A stretch of 64,000 nucleotides of DNA from contig CAZHQK010000022.1 of assembly GCA_964534795.1 (NCBI GenBank), positions 384-64,383 on the forward strand. The letters are read 5' to 3'. This stretch comes from an uncultured Acidobacteriota bacterium (GTDB lineage Bacteria; Acidobacteriota; UBA6911). Position numbers and translations under genes: made by a program. The notes beneath the pieces were generated by a model that saw only the letters and a list, made by a program, of their open reading frames with translations, had not been told where the DNA came from and searched no databases. Positions 48,966 to 58,692 of this stretch are shown here, piece after piece. Position 1 is the stretch's first letter. Every line of letters starts with the position of its first letter.

Positions 48966-50078
48966 TCAGCGGGCGAGCAGGGCGGCGGCGCAGATTCCCA
49001 GGATGATGCCGACAAAAACGGCGAGCAGGAGAATAGCCTTCCAGTTGCCGAAATTGATCGTGTAGCCGATGCCGAAGCGCCGCTCGACCAGGATCGAGGG
49101 ATCCTCGGGGTCCACGTAAAACATCCCCAGAATCCACTTGCGGTTGTCGGCCAGCCCGTCGGTGAGCGGCGTGTCGGCCCGCGCCCTCTCGATGCGCGCG
49201 CCGCCCTGCCCGTAGCGGAATGCGAGGTAGCCCACCCCGCCCAGGACATAGACGAGCAGCACGATCGCGAGCGCCATGACGCCCGGCGGCAGCCCCGGCC
49301 TGCGCTCCAGGCCCACCTGGATCGAGGTTACGGCCATCAGCGCCAGCATGGTCGTGGCGAGTATGGAGACTCCGCTGAGAAAGTTGGTCATGGCGGCGCG
49401 GAAGCGCATCTGCGCCTCGAGCGAGGCGCCCTGGTCCCGGAGGCGGATGGCGCGTTTCGCCCTGGCGGTGAGCCACGCGAACCCGCTCAGGCCGACGCCC
49501 ATGCTCAGCGTCATCAGCGGGAGCAGCATCACCGTGGAAAGCGACTTCGGCTTCCAGGCGTCCGGCCTCCCGGAAGGCCCGAAGTGCGTCGGGACCCGGG
49601 CCGGCAGGTCCGGGTAGTGCAGCCAGGCATATCCCATCACCCAGAGGCCGAGACAGGCTCCGAAGACAAGCGCCGCCTTCGGCAGAACCGTGCCCGGGGC
49701 CGGCACGACCGTCAGCGGCGCCGCCGCCGGGGGCGTCCCGGCCGGAGCGAGCGCGCGCGCCCGCCGGTAGGCGCGCAGGTAGAGCGCGACGAAGGCGATC
49801 AGCTGCAGCACGACCGGCGCCAGCGCGGCCACAGGGAGGGGAAGGGCCGCGAGGCCGGCCAGGCCCGACGCAAGGCTGAGCACGATCGCCCCGATCATCC
49901 AGGCGTACCAGGAGCGCGTGATCCGCCGGGCGGCGTCGCTCTCGCACGCACCCTCGCCGACATACACGCCGAAAAGCAGCCCCTTGCGCACAATGAGGGG
50001 ATACAGGAGAAACATCCCCCCGGTCACGAGGACCTCGAATACCACCAGGGCGGTAACGGCGGACCTGGCCTCCATCAC
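48966..50078 (-). CDS. DUF1648/DUF5808 (SdpI-like) membrane protein
   Basis: LLFGVYV, YPDLPARVPTHFG..G.PD.W, W..GMFYVDP.DP...VERRFGIGYTINFG. Confidence 0.85.
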   Translation of the reverse strand: MMEARSAVTALVVFEVLVTGGMFLLYPLIVRKGLLFGVYVGEGACESDAARRITRSWYAWMIGAIVLSLASGLAGLAALPLPVAALAPVVLQLIAFVALYLRAYRRARALAPAGTPPAAAPLTVVPAPGTVLPKAALVFGACLGLWVMGYAWLHYPDLPARVPTHFGPSGRPDAWKPKSLSTVMLLPLMTLSMGVGLSGFAWLTARAKRAIRLRDQGASLEAQMRFRAAMTNFLSGVSILATTMLALMAVTSIQVGLERRPGLPPGVMALAIVLLVYVLGGVGYLAFRYGQGGARIERARADTPLTDGLADNRKWILGMFYVDPEDPSILVERRFGIGYTINFGNWKAILLLAVFVGIILGICAAALLAR

Positions 50079-50503
50079 ACCCTCCGGCGGGCGGAGCGTA
50101 CCGGGGCATCGTGAATGGCGTCGAGCTCGCGCCCGATCATGGCCCGCAGTTCCTCCGGGGCCGCCCCGGCCTGGCGCATGCGGGCCAACAGCGCACGCAA
50201 CGCCCCGAGCAGGCGCGACATTTCCTCGGCGTCGGCCTTCGCGGCGGGCGGCACGACCTGGACGCCCTCGCGGTCGCGGATGCGCACGAAGCCCTCATTT
50301 TCCAGGAGCCGGTAGGCGCGCGCCACCGTGTTGGGGTTGCAGCCCAGGTCGGATGCCAGAACGCGCACCGGAGGCAGGGGCGTCCCCGCGGGCAGCTCGC
50401 CCGCCGCGATGCGCATGCGGATCTGCCGGGCGATCTGCTCGTAGACCGGCTCCTCCGCCGTCCGGTCGACCACAACGATTATCGGAACCTTCCCAGCAGT
50501 CAT
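50075..50503 (-). CDS. GntR (YtrA-like) transcriptional regulator
   Basis: PVYEQI, LPPVR.LA..LG.NPNTVARAY..LE.EG. Confidence 0.92.
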   Translation of the reverse strand: MTAGKVPIIVVVDRTAEEPVYEQIARQIRMRIAAGELPAGTPLPPVRVLASDLGCNPNTVARAYRLLENEGFVRIRDREGVQVVPPAAKADAEEMSRLLGALRALLARMRQAGAAPEELRAMIGRELDAIHDAPVRSARRRV

Positions 50504-50544
50504 TGTCTACCAAATAGTATACAGAAATTCAGCGTTCAAGTCCA
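50504..50544 (-). promoter_or_regulatory. Promoter and palindromic GntR operator
   Basis: TGGACT-17 nt-TATACT on minus strand; TGTCTAC-N6-GTATACA palindrome 50504-50523 abutting the ATG. Confidence 0.65.
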
Positions 50545-50556
50545 GAGGCGAGGCGC

Positions 50557-51189
50557 CTATTTCAGTTTCCTGGTGACGCTCAGGCCGGGTCCGGGGGAGG
50601 CGACGAGTTCGGTACGCAGGCGCGCGTCGCCGGTCACGAGCGCGATGAACTCGGCCATCTCCGCGCGCCGTTCCCTGACATGGTAGGCGACGATGAAGCC
50701 TCCGGGCCGGACCTTGGGAAGAATCGCCTTCAGGAGTGCGGCGCACGCCCGCGGCTGCGTGCCCAGGAAGACCAGATCGAACGGGCCGGCGAGCGCGGGC
50801 GCGACGGCGGCGGCTTCACCGGGCCGCAGTTCGACATGCGCGGACAGGCCGGCGCGCTCGAGGTCGGCGCGCACCCCGCGAGCCGCGCTCGCGTCTCGTT
50901 CCAACGCGATCAGCCTCCCGCCGGTCCGGCCGAAAGCCGCCGCGAGCCAGAAGGCGGCGCAGCCGCATGACGGGCCGAGGGCGACTCCGGCCTCGAGGCG
51001 GTGTCGCAGGACGAGTTCGTAGATGTAGCGGCCGTCGTGCGCGGCAATATCCGGCTGCGCCCGGCCGGAGCAGAGTCCGGCGAGAACGGTTGCGCTGCGC
51101 GGGTCGGCAAGGCCGGCGAAAGGATCGGGGGCCTGCCGGGCGCCGATGAGAGCGCCGCACAGGCCGGCGGCCATAAGCGCGCGGCGCAC
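50557..51189 (-). CDS. O-methyltransferase-like (class I SAM) protein
   Basis: Degenerate motif I, LIALE.D, GPFDLVF, .RPGG.IVA. Confidence 0.75.
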   Translation of the reverse strand: MRRALMAAGLCGALIGARQAPDPFAGLADPRSATVLAGLCSGRAQPDIAAHDGRYIYELVLRHRLEAGVALGPSCGCAAFWLAAAFGRTGGRLIALERDASAARGVRADLERAGLSAHVELRPGEAAAVAPALAGPFDLVFLGTQPRACAALLKAILPKVRPGGFIVAYHVRERRAEMAEFIALVTGDARLRTELVASPGPGLSVTRKLK

Positions 51190-51876
51190 CTACCTCGCGC
51201 CTCCCTGGGGCGGCTTGGCTGCTGGCTGACCCTCGGGCGGGTCGGCGGGCGCCGGGCCCACGCGCTCCACGACGACCCTGCGGATCGTCACCGGCTTGTT
51301 GGGGCGGTCGTCCTGGTCCCTGGGAACGCGGGCGATCGCCCTGATCACCTGCAGGTCGCCGCATTGGCCGAAGATCGTGTGCTTGTCGTTCAAGTAAGGC
51401 AGGGGAACTTCGGTAATGAAGAACTGGCTCCCGTTGGTGTTCGGGCCCGAGTTGGCCATGGCCAGCCTGCCGGGCACGTCGAAACGCAGCGCGGGCACGA
51501 ACTCGTCCTGGAAGGGGAAGCCCGGCCCCTCGGGGCCGCCATATCCCGTCCCCAGCGGATCGCCGCCCTGGATCATGAACTGCGGGATCACGCGGTGAAA
51601 AATCAGGCCGTCGTAGAACCTCTTGTCGCGGACTTCCTTCCTCGTCTGCGGATCCACGTACGACAGCCGGCCGGTGGCCAGACCGACGATCCTGCGCACC
51701 GTGACGGGCGTCTCCTTTTCGAACAGCTTGCAGCGGATGCTGCCCAGGTCGGTTTCGAATGTCATGTAGAGCCCCTGCTCCTGGCTGCCGGCCTGGCGGC
51801 CGGAGCTCCTTTCCGGAATGAGCACGAGGGCGGCGATGAGAGCTGATCCGACAACGATCGGACAGGTCGAGCGCAT
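51190..51876 (-). CDS. Cyclophilin-type peptidyl-prolyl isomerase
   Basis: FYDGLIFHRVIP.FMIQGGDP, LAMANSGPNTNGSQFFIT, HTIFG. Confidence 0.95.
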   Translation of the reverse strand: MRSTCPIVVGSALIAALVLIPERSSGRQAGSQEQGLYMTFETDLGSIRCKLFEKETPVTVRRIVGLATGRLSYVDPQTRKEVRDKRFYDGLIFHRVIPQFMIQGGDPLGTGYGGPEGPGFPFQDEFVPALRFDVPGRLAMANSGPNTNGSQFFITEVPLPYLNDKHTIFGQCGDLQVIRAIARVPRDQDDRPNKPVTIRRVVVERVGPAPADPPEGQPAAKPPQGGAR

Positions 51877-51892
51877 CGTATTTCCTCCCGAT

Positions 51893-51967
51893 AATAGGGA
51901 CGCTCACCTTTCGCTCGCGCACCATGCGTTGCGGCGCGGCTTGAAGACATAGATGAGCGCGCCCATT
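51893..51967. repeat. Family B repeat with degenerate second arm
   Basis: AATAGGGACGCTCACC at 51893; GATGAGCGCGCCCATT at 51952-51967. Confidence 0.65.
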
Positions 51968-52046
51968 GTATCAAGCGGGCCGAACGGGGTGCGAGCCAAA
52001 TGCGCCGGCGGGTCCCGCCGGGCGGCCGTGCTATAGTAGCGGCACG

Positions 52047-53057
52047 ATGGATTGCAGAAGCCGGTTCCGGGCGCTGGTCAGCGGCGATCGCGTGGACCGC
52101 ATTCCCCTGTTCGAGGAGGAAATCCGCCCGGAGGTGCTGGAGTGCTGGTACCGGCAGGGCTTGAGCCGCGACATCGACGGCAACCGATACCGGGATTACT
52201 TCGGCGCGGATCGCTGGGAGTACATCTATATATGGCTGGAGCCCCGCCCGGGCCCCTTTTCCCGGCCGTGCGACTTCACGCGGATCATGGAGGGCTATCG
52301 GCACGATGTGCCGGAATTCCTGCAGCCCCGGTACTGGGAGAACAAGGCGCGGGAATACGAAAACAGGGACTTTCCTCTGGGTCTGATGGGGTGGCGCGGA
52401 ATCCTGCTGCCCCTCTTATCGCGCGAACGGGAGTGGGAAAGCTTCCAGGAAGTGATGTGGGCGCTTTACGACTATCCCGAACTGGTCAAGAGCGTCCTCT
52501 GTTCGGCCAGGGATTGTTTCATGGAGGTCGTGCGCCTGGCCAGCCGGTTCCTTGCATTCGACTTCGGAATCATCGCCGAGCCGATCGCCGCGCCCGCCGG
52601 GCCGGTCATCTCGCCTTCCATGTTCCGCGAGTTTGCCCTGCCCCACCATCGCGACATCGCGGCCTGCTTCCGCGAGCACGGGATCGGCACGGTCATTTTC
52701 CGATCATTCGAAAATGTCGGGCCGCTCCTTCCGGCGGTCGCCGAGTCGGGCGCCGACGGCCTATGGATCAACCAGTGCGGCAGCGCCATCGACTATGTGC
52801 AGGTGCGGCGGCAATATCCCGACTTTTTGCTGATCGGGGGAATCAATGCGCGGGTGTTGTTGCGCGACGAGTCGGCGATCGAGCGGGAAGTGATGCGCGT
52901 CGTGCCGCCGCTTCTGCAGGCAGGCCGTTATCTGCCCGGCCTGGACGACCGGCCGCGCGAGAATGTGCCCTTCCACAACTACGCTTACTACCGCCGGCTC
53001 TTGCAGGAAGCGGCCGGCACCGCCCCGCTCCAGGCCCGATATCGGGACGCTCACTGA
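52047..53057 (+). CDS. Uroporphyrinogen decarboxylase (MtaA/CmuA-like) family protein
   Basis: GP.ISP.MFREF..P, L.GGI, GRY.PG.D. Confidence 0.8.
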   Translation: MDCRSRFRALVSGDRVDRIPLFEEEIRPEVLECWYRQGLSRDIDGNRYRDYFGADRWEYIYIWLEPRPGPFSRPCDFTRIMEGYRHDVPEFLQPRYWENKAREYENRDFPLGLMGWRGILLPLLSREREWESFQEVMWALYDYPELVKSVLCSARDCFMEVVRLASRFLAFDFGIIAEPIAAPAGPVISPSMFREFALPHHRDIAACFREHGIGTVIFRSFENVGPLLPAVAESGADGLWINQCGSAIDYVQVRRQYPDFLLIGGINARVLLRDESAIEREVMRVVPPLLQAGRYLPGLDDRPRENVPFHNYAYYRRLLQEAAGTAPLQARYRDAH

Positions 53058-53118
53058 TTTCGCTCCCGCATCGTGCGCTGCGGCTCTTCTTGGAGAAACA
53101 GGTGAGCGTCCCCATTTT
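53041..53118. repeat. Family B inverted-repeat doublet
   Basis: GGGACGCTCAC(53044) ... GGTGAGCGTCCCC(53101). Confidence 0.8.
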
Positions 53119-53147
53119 TTAGGATCACCGGGCGGGGAATGAAAGGG

Positions 53148-53176
53148 TTTACATTCCTCCCTTCGGACATTATGAT
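53148..53176 (+). promoter_or_regulatory. sigma70-type promoter
   Basis: TTTACA-17 nt-TATGAT; AGGAG RBS follows. Confidence 0.6.
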
Positions 53177-53206
53177 CGCGCCGGATCTTCACAGGAGTGT
53201 CCGACC

Positions 53207-56194
53207 ATGTCCAAAGCAGCTCTCTTTCGCCGCATTCTTACGATCGCCTGCCTGCTGTGGTGCGTGCCCGCGCTGCCGGCGCGGCTTTGCGCGCAATCGC
53301 CGCCCACGCCGGAATCCGTTCTGGGTCACAGGCCGGGCGACGACTTCTATCTGGCCAGCTACGACGAAGCGCTGGCGTACTTCCAGAAGCTGGCCGCCGC
53401 CACCGACAAGCTGCGGCTCGTGCATGTCGGCAAGACTTCCGAGGGCCGCGACTGGTACATCGCGATCATCTCTTCCGCGGAAAACCTGAAGAACGTCGAG
53501 CGCTACCGCGAGATCGCCCGGCGCGTCGCGCTGGTCGAGGGGCTGACGGACGATCAGGCGCGCGCCCTGGCGCGCGAAGGCAAGGTGATCGTGCACGTCG
53601 ACGGCGGGCTGCACTCGACCGAGGTGGCCGGGCACCAGCACACCATCCAGCTGGCCTACAACCTGGTGGCGGGAGAGCGCGATCCCGAGATCCGGCGCAT
53701 CCTCGACAATGTCGTGCTCGTGCTCTGGTTCTCGCTGAATCCCGACGGCCAGAACATGGTGTCGCAATGGTACCGCCGCAACCTGGGCACCCCCTACGAG
53801 GTGAGCCCGATGCCGTGGCTCTACCAGAAATACGTGGGGCACGACAACAACCGCGACGGTTACATGAACAACACCAACGAGCAGCAGATCGTCACGCGCG
53901 TCACCGTGCGCGAGTGGCATCCGATGGTTTTCTACAACCATCACCAGACGGCGCCCTTCCCGGCGCGCATCTGGATCCCGCCTTTCGCCGAGCCGATCTC
54001 GAGCAACGTGCACCCGCTGATCTGGCGCTGGACCAACGTCTTCGGTACGGCCATGGCCTCCTACCTCGACCAGCACGACATGCCGGGCTCGATCCACCGC
54101 ACCCATTTCGACGACTGGTATCCCGGATTCATCGACGGCGTCAACAACTACCGCAACGTCGTTTCGTTCCTCACCGAGACGGCGCTCTACCAGTATGCGA
54201 CGCCGCGCTTTTACACGCTCCAGGACTTTCCCAAGGAGTTCCAGGACCTGCGCCAGCAGGTTTTCTACGCCAGCCCCTGGAAGGGCGGCTGGTGGCGGCT
54301 GGGCGACGCCGTGCGCTACATGATCGGGGCCTCGATGGCGGTGCTCGACACGGCCGCCAAGTTCAAGGAAGAGCTGATCTACAACCGCTACCAGGCCGGG
54401 CGCGACGTCGTGCGGCGCTTCTCCCAGGAGCCGCCCTTCGCCTTCGTGATCCCGCAGCGCCAGCGCGACCCGCAGACCGCGGCGCTGCTCGTCGAAAAGC
54501 TGCAGTATAACGGCATCCGGATCAGCCAGGCCGTGCGCCCGCTGCGCGTCAACGGGCGCGAATATCCGGAAGGCACCTGGGTCATTTTGATGGATCAGCC
54601 TTTCGCGCTTCTGGCCAAGGAGCTGCTGGAGATCCAGAACTATCCGGACCTGCGCGAAGGCCCGGGCGGGCCCCCGGACCTGCCGTACGACGTCGCGGGC
54701 TGGACCCTGCCGCTGCAGATGGGGGTCGAGGTCGCCGCCGTCAGCTCGCCCCTGTCGCAGGAGTTCCGCGCCTCACTGCGCGCGCTCGACAAGGTCGTTC
54801 CTCCGCCGGGGAGGCTCGAGGGGTCGGGCACGGCCTTCTACTTCGATCACCGCAGCAATGCTTCCTTCCGCGCCCTGAACCGGATCTTCAAGGAAGGCGG
54901 TTCGGTGGCGCTCCTCAAGAAGGAGACCAGGCTGGGGGATGCTGTAATGGAGGCCGGGTCTTTCGTCGCCTCCGGGATTACCCAGCAGAAGATGCAGGCG
55001 ATCGCCGAGGATCTGAGCCTGCGGGTATACGCCGGCAGGAGCCCGGGCGATGCGGCGACGCCGCTCAAGAATCCGCGCATCGGGCTGTACCATTCCTGGG
55101 TCGCCAACATCGACGAGGGCTGGACGAGCTGGCTGCTCGACCAGTTCGAGTTCGCCTACCGCGAGGTGCGCAACGACGAGATCCGCGCCGGGCATCTGAA
55201 CGATGCCTACGATGTGCTGGTGTTCGCCGAAATGAACACCAACGCCATCATGGAGGGCCGCCAGCCGGGCACGGTCCCGCCCGAGTACGCCGGCGGCATC
55301 GGCGAAATCGGCCTCGAGAAGCTGCGCGAGTTCGTGCAGCAGGGCGGGACACTCTTGACCCTGGGCAACGCCTCGCTTTTCGCCGTCGAGAAACTGAGGC
55401 TGCCGGTCAAGAACGTGCTCCAGGGTCTGAAAAACGAGGAATTCTTCTGCGCCGGCTCGATCCTGCGCACCGAGGTCAAGGCCGCCGGCCATCCCCTGGC
55501 CTACGGGCTGCCGCCGGCTCCCGCCGTCTTTTTCGCCCGCAACGGCGCGTTCGATACCGCCGGCGACTTCAAGGGCACGGTGCTGCTCGCCTTCCCGAAG
55601 GAGGAAAACCCGCTGCTGAGCGGCTACATCCTGCATCCGGAGAAGATCCAGGGCAAAGCGGCGGCGCTCGATGTGGTCCACGGCAAGGGCCGCGTGATTC
55701 TCACCGGCTTCCGCCCGCAGTGGCGCGGCCAGACGCACGTCATGTTCAAGCTGCTCTTCAATGCCCTCTACCACTTCGGCGAAGCCGCCGCCGTGCCCGA
55801 GGCCGCAGCCGGCCCCGGCCCGGGCGAGGCGCGGGCGGAGTGGGAGAGGCTGGCGAAGGCGATCCGCGCCGACCTGGAGAAGGCGTTCGCGCAGAACGAA
55901 AAGGTCGCGGCGGCACGCGGCGCCCAGGCACTCGAGGAAAGCAAGCGCTTCGACGCCGTCGTCGAGCAGTTCCAGAGCGCGCACTTTCCGGCGATCGACA
56001 GGCTGAAGTCGCAGCCGGGCGCCGCGGCGGCCGGGCGCAAGCTCGAGGAGTACAAGACGCAGCTCAAGGCGGCGCTCGTCGACATGCGCGGCAAGGACTA
56101 CGCCGCGGTCAAGTTCACCCTGAACGATCTCATGCTCCAGTTCCGCCTGCCCTCGCTGCAGCAGGAAATCGCGGATCTGCTGCGCGGCCCGTAA
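53207..56194 (+). CDS. Secreted M14 family carboxypeptidase-like protein with C-terminal helical extension
   Basis: GLHSTE, NPDG, GHDNNRD, HHQ; paralogous to 4496-7228. Confidence 0.9.
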   Translation: MSKAALFRRILTIACLLWCVPALPARLCAQSPPTPESVLGHRPGDDFYLASYDEALAYFQKLAAATDKLRLVHVGKTSEGRDWYIAIISSAENLKNVERYREIARRVALVEGLTDDQARALAREGKVIVHVDGGLHSTEVAGHQHTIQLAYNLVAGERDPEIRRILDNVVLVLWFSLNPDGQNMVSQWYRRNLGTPYEVSPMPWLYQKYVGHDNNRDGYMNNTNEQQIVTRVTVREWHPMVFYNHHQTAPFPARIWIPPFAEPISSNVHPLIWRWTNVFGTAMASYLDQHDMPGSIHRTHFDDWYPGFIDGVNNYRNVVSFLTETALYQYATPRFYTLQDFPKEFQDLRQQVFYASPWKGGWWRLGDAVRYMIGASMAVLDTAAKFKEELIYNRYQAGRDVVRRFSQEPPFAFVIPQRQRDPQTAALLVEKLQYNGIRISQAVRPLRVNGREYPEGTWVILMDQPFALLAKELLEIQNYPDLREGPGGPPDLPYDVAGWTLPLQMGVEVAAVSSPLSQEFRASLRALDKVVPPPGRLEGSGTAFYFDHRSNASFRALNRIFKEGGSVALLKKETRLGDAVMEAGSFVASGITQQKMQAIAEDLSLRVYAGRSPGDAATPLKNPRIGLYHSWVANIDEGWTSWLLDQFEFAYREVRNDEIRAGHLNDAYDVLVFAEMNTNAIMEGRQPGTVPPEYAGGIGEIGLEKLREFVQQGGTLLTLGNASLFAVEKLRLPVKNVLQGLKNEEFFCAGSILRTEVKAAGHPLAYGLPPAPAVFFARNGAFDTAGDFKGTVLLAFPKEENPLLSGYILHPEKIQGKAAALDVVHGKGRVILTGFRPQWRGQTHVMFKLLFNALYHFGEAAAVPEAAAGPGPGEARAEWERLAKAIRADLEKAFAQNEKVAAARGAQALEESKRFDAVVEQFQSAHFPAIDRLKSQPGAAAAGRKLEEYKTQLKAALVDMRGKDYAAVKFTLNDLMLQFRLPSLQQEIADLLRGP

Positions 56195-56356
56195 GGCCCG
56201 GCGCGCCGCGCCGGGCCGGTCGCTCCGGGAGCAAGCCGCGGGACGCGTCGCGGGCCTGCCCGGGACTTTGCGCGGCTGCGGCCGTTCGCGCCCGTTGCAA
56301 ATCGCCCGATGATTCAATAGACTCGCGCTGATATCCGCACAGCGAAAGGAGGGAGA

Positions 56357-56946
56357 GTGCGCAGCCAAACCTCCTGCTTTTCGAGACGGGATTTCCTTTC
56401 GGCGGCCGCGATCGGCGTATCCTCTGGGCCATGGGAACGCACCCCGTCAAATGCACCGGCATGGGCGGCCGTGCGGCGCGCACCGACCCAATGTTCGGCA
56501 ACGTCTACGACCACTTCGCCGTCGAGTTCGAATACCCGAACGGCGCGCGCGTCATGAGCATGTGCCGGCAGACGGAAGGTGCCGCGGAGAATGTGTCGGA
56601 ACGCGTCGTCGGGACCAGGGGCTTTGCCTACACCGATGCCGCGGACGGCTACATCAAAGGAGAAAGGCCTTACACCGTGGACAAGCCTTCGCCCAACCCG
56701 TACGTTCAGGAACACGTGGACCTCATCGCGAGCATCCGGGCAGGCAGACCGCTCAACGAGGGGCGACAGGTGGCGGAAAGCACGCTCACGGCCATCATGG
56801 GCCGGATGAGCGCCTACACGGGCCGGGCCGTCAGTTGGGATTGGGTCATGAACTCGTCGAAGCTCGATCTGTCGCCTCCCTACCTTTCGTTCGGAGATCT
56901 GCCGCCCCTCGAAGTGGCCGTGCCGGGGAAAACAAATCTGATCTGA
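56357..56946 (+). pseudogene. Tat-exported Gfo/Idh/MocA oxidoreductase with internal deletion and frameshift
   Basis: SRRDFL Tat leader joined out of frame near 56420 to a C-terminal part (GMGGR...YDHFAVEFEY..G...MCRQ...GRMSAYTG). Confidence 0.75.
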
Positions 56947-56974
56947 GTTCGATTGCGGCCGGCGAAGTTTTTGA

Positions 56975-57317
56975 AGGACTGCCGGCCTTGCGGGGCTTTC
57001 TGCCGGCCCTCCGGGGCTCGCCTGATCGATACGCTCCTTTCCGGGGGTTCGCCTGCGGCTCACCCCCGGCTACCGGCTCAGGGCCCCTGCCGGGGCCGTA
57101 TCCGTCCCGGAGGGACGGAAGCGGGTAGCTCCAGGTGAGCGAAGCGAACCTGGAGAAAAGGGAGCGGCATGCGACAAGCCCCGAAGGGCCGGCAGAGGGA
57201 TAATCAGAAACGTCGGTCTGCCGGCCCTCCGGGGCTCGCCTGATCGATACGCTCCTTTCCGGGGGTTCGCCTGCGGCTCACCCCCGGCCACCATCTCAGG
57301 GCCCCTGCCGGGGCCGG
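56975..57317. repeat. Family C mosaic cluster (BIME-like)
   Basis: Full copies at 56999-57098 and 57215-57317 flank an inverted variant (57103-57196); extra hairpin at 56979. Confidence 0.88.
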
Positions 57318-57409
57318 CGCAGCAAAACCCGGAGCTCGAACTCCGGGGAAGGGCGCCGCAGGCTCGGAGATCAAGCCTGTTCTTGAAACGCCCTCCCCGG
57401 CCTGGTGCA

Positions 57410-58348
57410 TCAACTCCTGCGCGCCACGATCGTTATGATGCCCGGCCGACCGGAGAGACGCTCGATCAGGGCGAGGGCAAAGAGGGCCGGCTTGAGCGTG
57501 TAATAAAGCGCCCGCCCGCCCGGGCGCGGCCCGCAGCGATTCAGCAGGCTGTGCTTGAGGCAGTGGAAATCGACGCGGCGCGAGAAGGCCAGGCAGCGGC
57601 GCACATCGAATCCGGCTTCGGCGAGGAGCAGCTCCAGGGACCGCCGGGAGAAATGATACAGGTGGCGCGGGACGTCGTCGAAGGCGTACCAGTCGGCGCG
57701 GAAGATGCGCGCCTGCAGGCTTTGCAGGTTGGGAAGAGAAACGATCAGCATGCCCCCGCTTTTCAAGAGGGCGGCGGCGCGCCGCAGGACCCGCCGCGTG
57801 TCGGGCATGTGCTCGAGCGCGTGCCAGAAGGTGAGGGCGTCGAAGGTTCCTTCGGCCAGCGGAGCGGCGTGGAGGTCGCCGGCAACGAGAACCAGATCCG
57901 GCATGCGGCTGCGGACGATCTCGAGGGCGGGCGCGGCAGGATCGATCCCCGCCCTTTCGTATCGTGCCGGATCGAGCGCCAGGAGAAATCTGGCGTCGCC
58001 GCAGCCGACATCCAAGATCCTGCCCGCGGGGACGAAGCGCTCGAGCAACCGCGCTTTTTCCATCTCGCCGCGCCAGGACCGCGTGCGCTGGAGTCGGCCC
58101 GCGAGGAAATGGTCGAGCATGCTCTCCGTGTCGCCGAGATAACCGGGCGGATAGAGCGCGCCGATATCTTCGGGTGCCGGCATGGGATCGGTCCAGCCGA
58201 AACCGCAGCGGCGGCAGCGCCGGATGCGCCAGGTTTCTCCCGCGCGGCGGCGCACGCGGTCGCCGACCTCGCAGTAGTCTTCGATTCCGTGACCGCGGCA
58301 AACGAGGCAGATCCCGTCCTGGAAGCCTTCAGCCGTGACATTCGCCAT
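57410..58348 (-). CDS. Class I SAM-dependent methyltransferase with zinc ribbon
   Basis: CLVC...CRRC, LDVGCG.A, HALEH, DVPRHLYHF. Confidence 0.88.
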   Translation of the reverse strand: MANVTAEGFQDGICLVCRGHGIEDYCEVGDRVRRRAGETWRIRRCRRCGFGWTDPMPAPEDIGALYPPGYLGDTESMLDHFLAGRLQRTRSWRGEMEKARLLERFVPAGRILDVGCGDARFLLALDPARYERAGIDPAAPALEIVRSRMPDLVLVAGDLHAAPLAEGTFDALTFWHALEHMPDTRRVLRRAAALLKSGGMLIVSLPNLQSLQARIFRADWYAFDDVPRHLYHFSRRSLELLLAEAGFDVRRCLAFSRRVDFHCLKHSLLNRCGPRPGGRALYYTLKPALFALALIERLSGRPGIITIVARRS

Positions 58349-58692
58349 CGAGCTCATCGACCGCCGCCGCCGTAGATACTTACCACGGGCACGGCGACCG
58401 GAACAGCGCAATCGCGACGCGCCGTCGTCGCCGGTATTGTGCCCGGCAGGGGAATGCTGTAGCATGATCCCGGCGGCACGAAGGTGAAGCGATTCCCGGC
58501 GGAACGGGCGCCGCGGCGGATGCCGATCCACTCCCAGAAGGCCCGCTCGCCGCGGATGTCGCTTGTGCGCCACTGAGAGGCTGCCCTGAAGAGCATCCTC
58601 CGTTCCGGCATGCTCCCTGGCACTGCCGGCAGTTTCGTGAACCTGCTTTCATGTCGAATTCCGCCTGGACACAGGCGTGGGAGAAAATGCTT

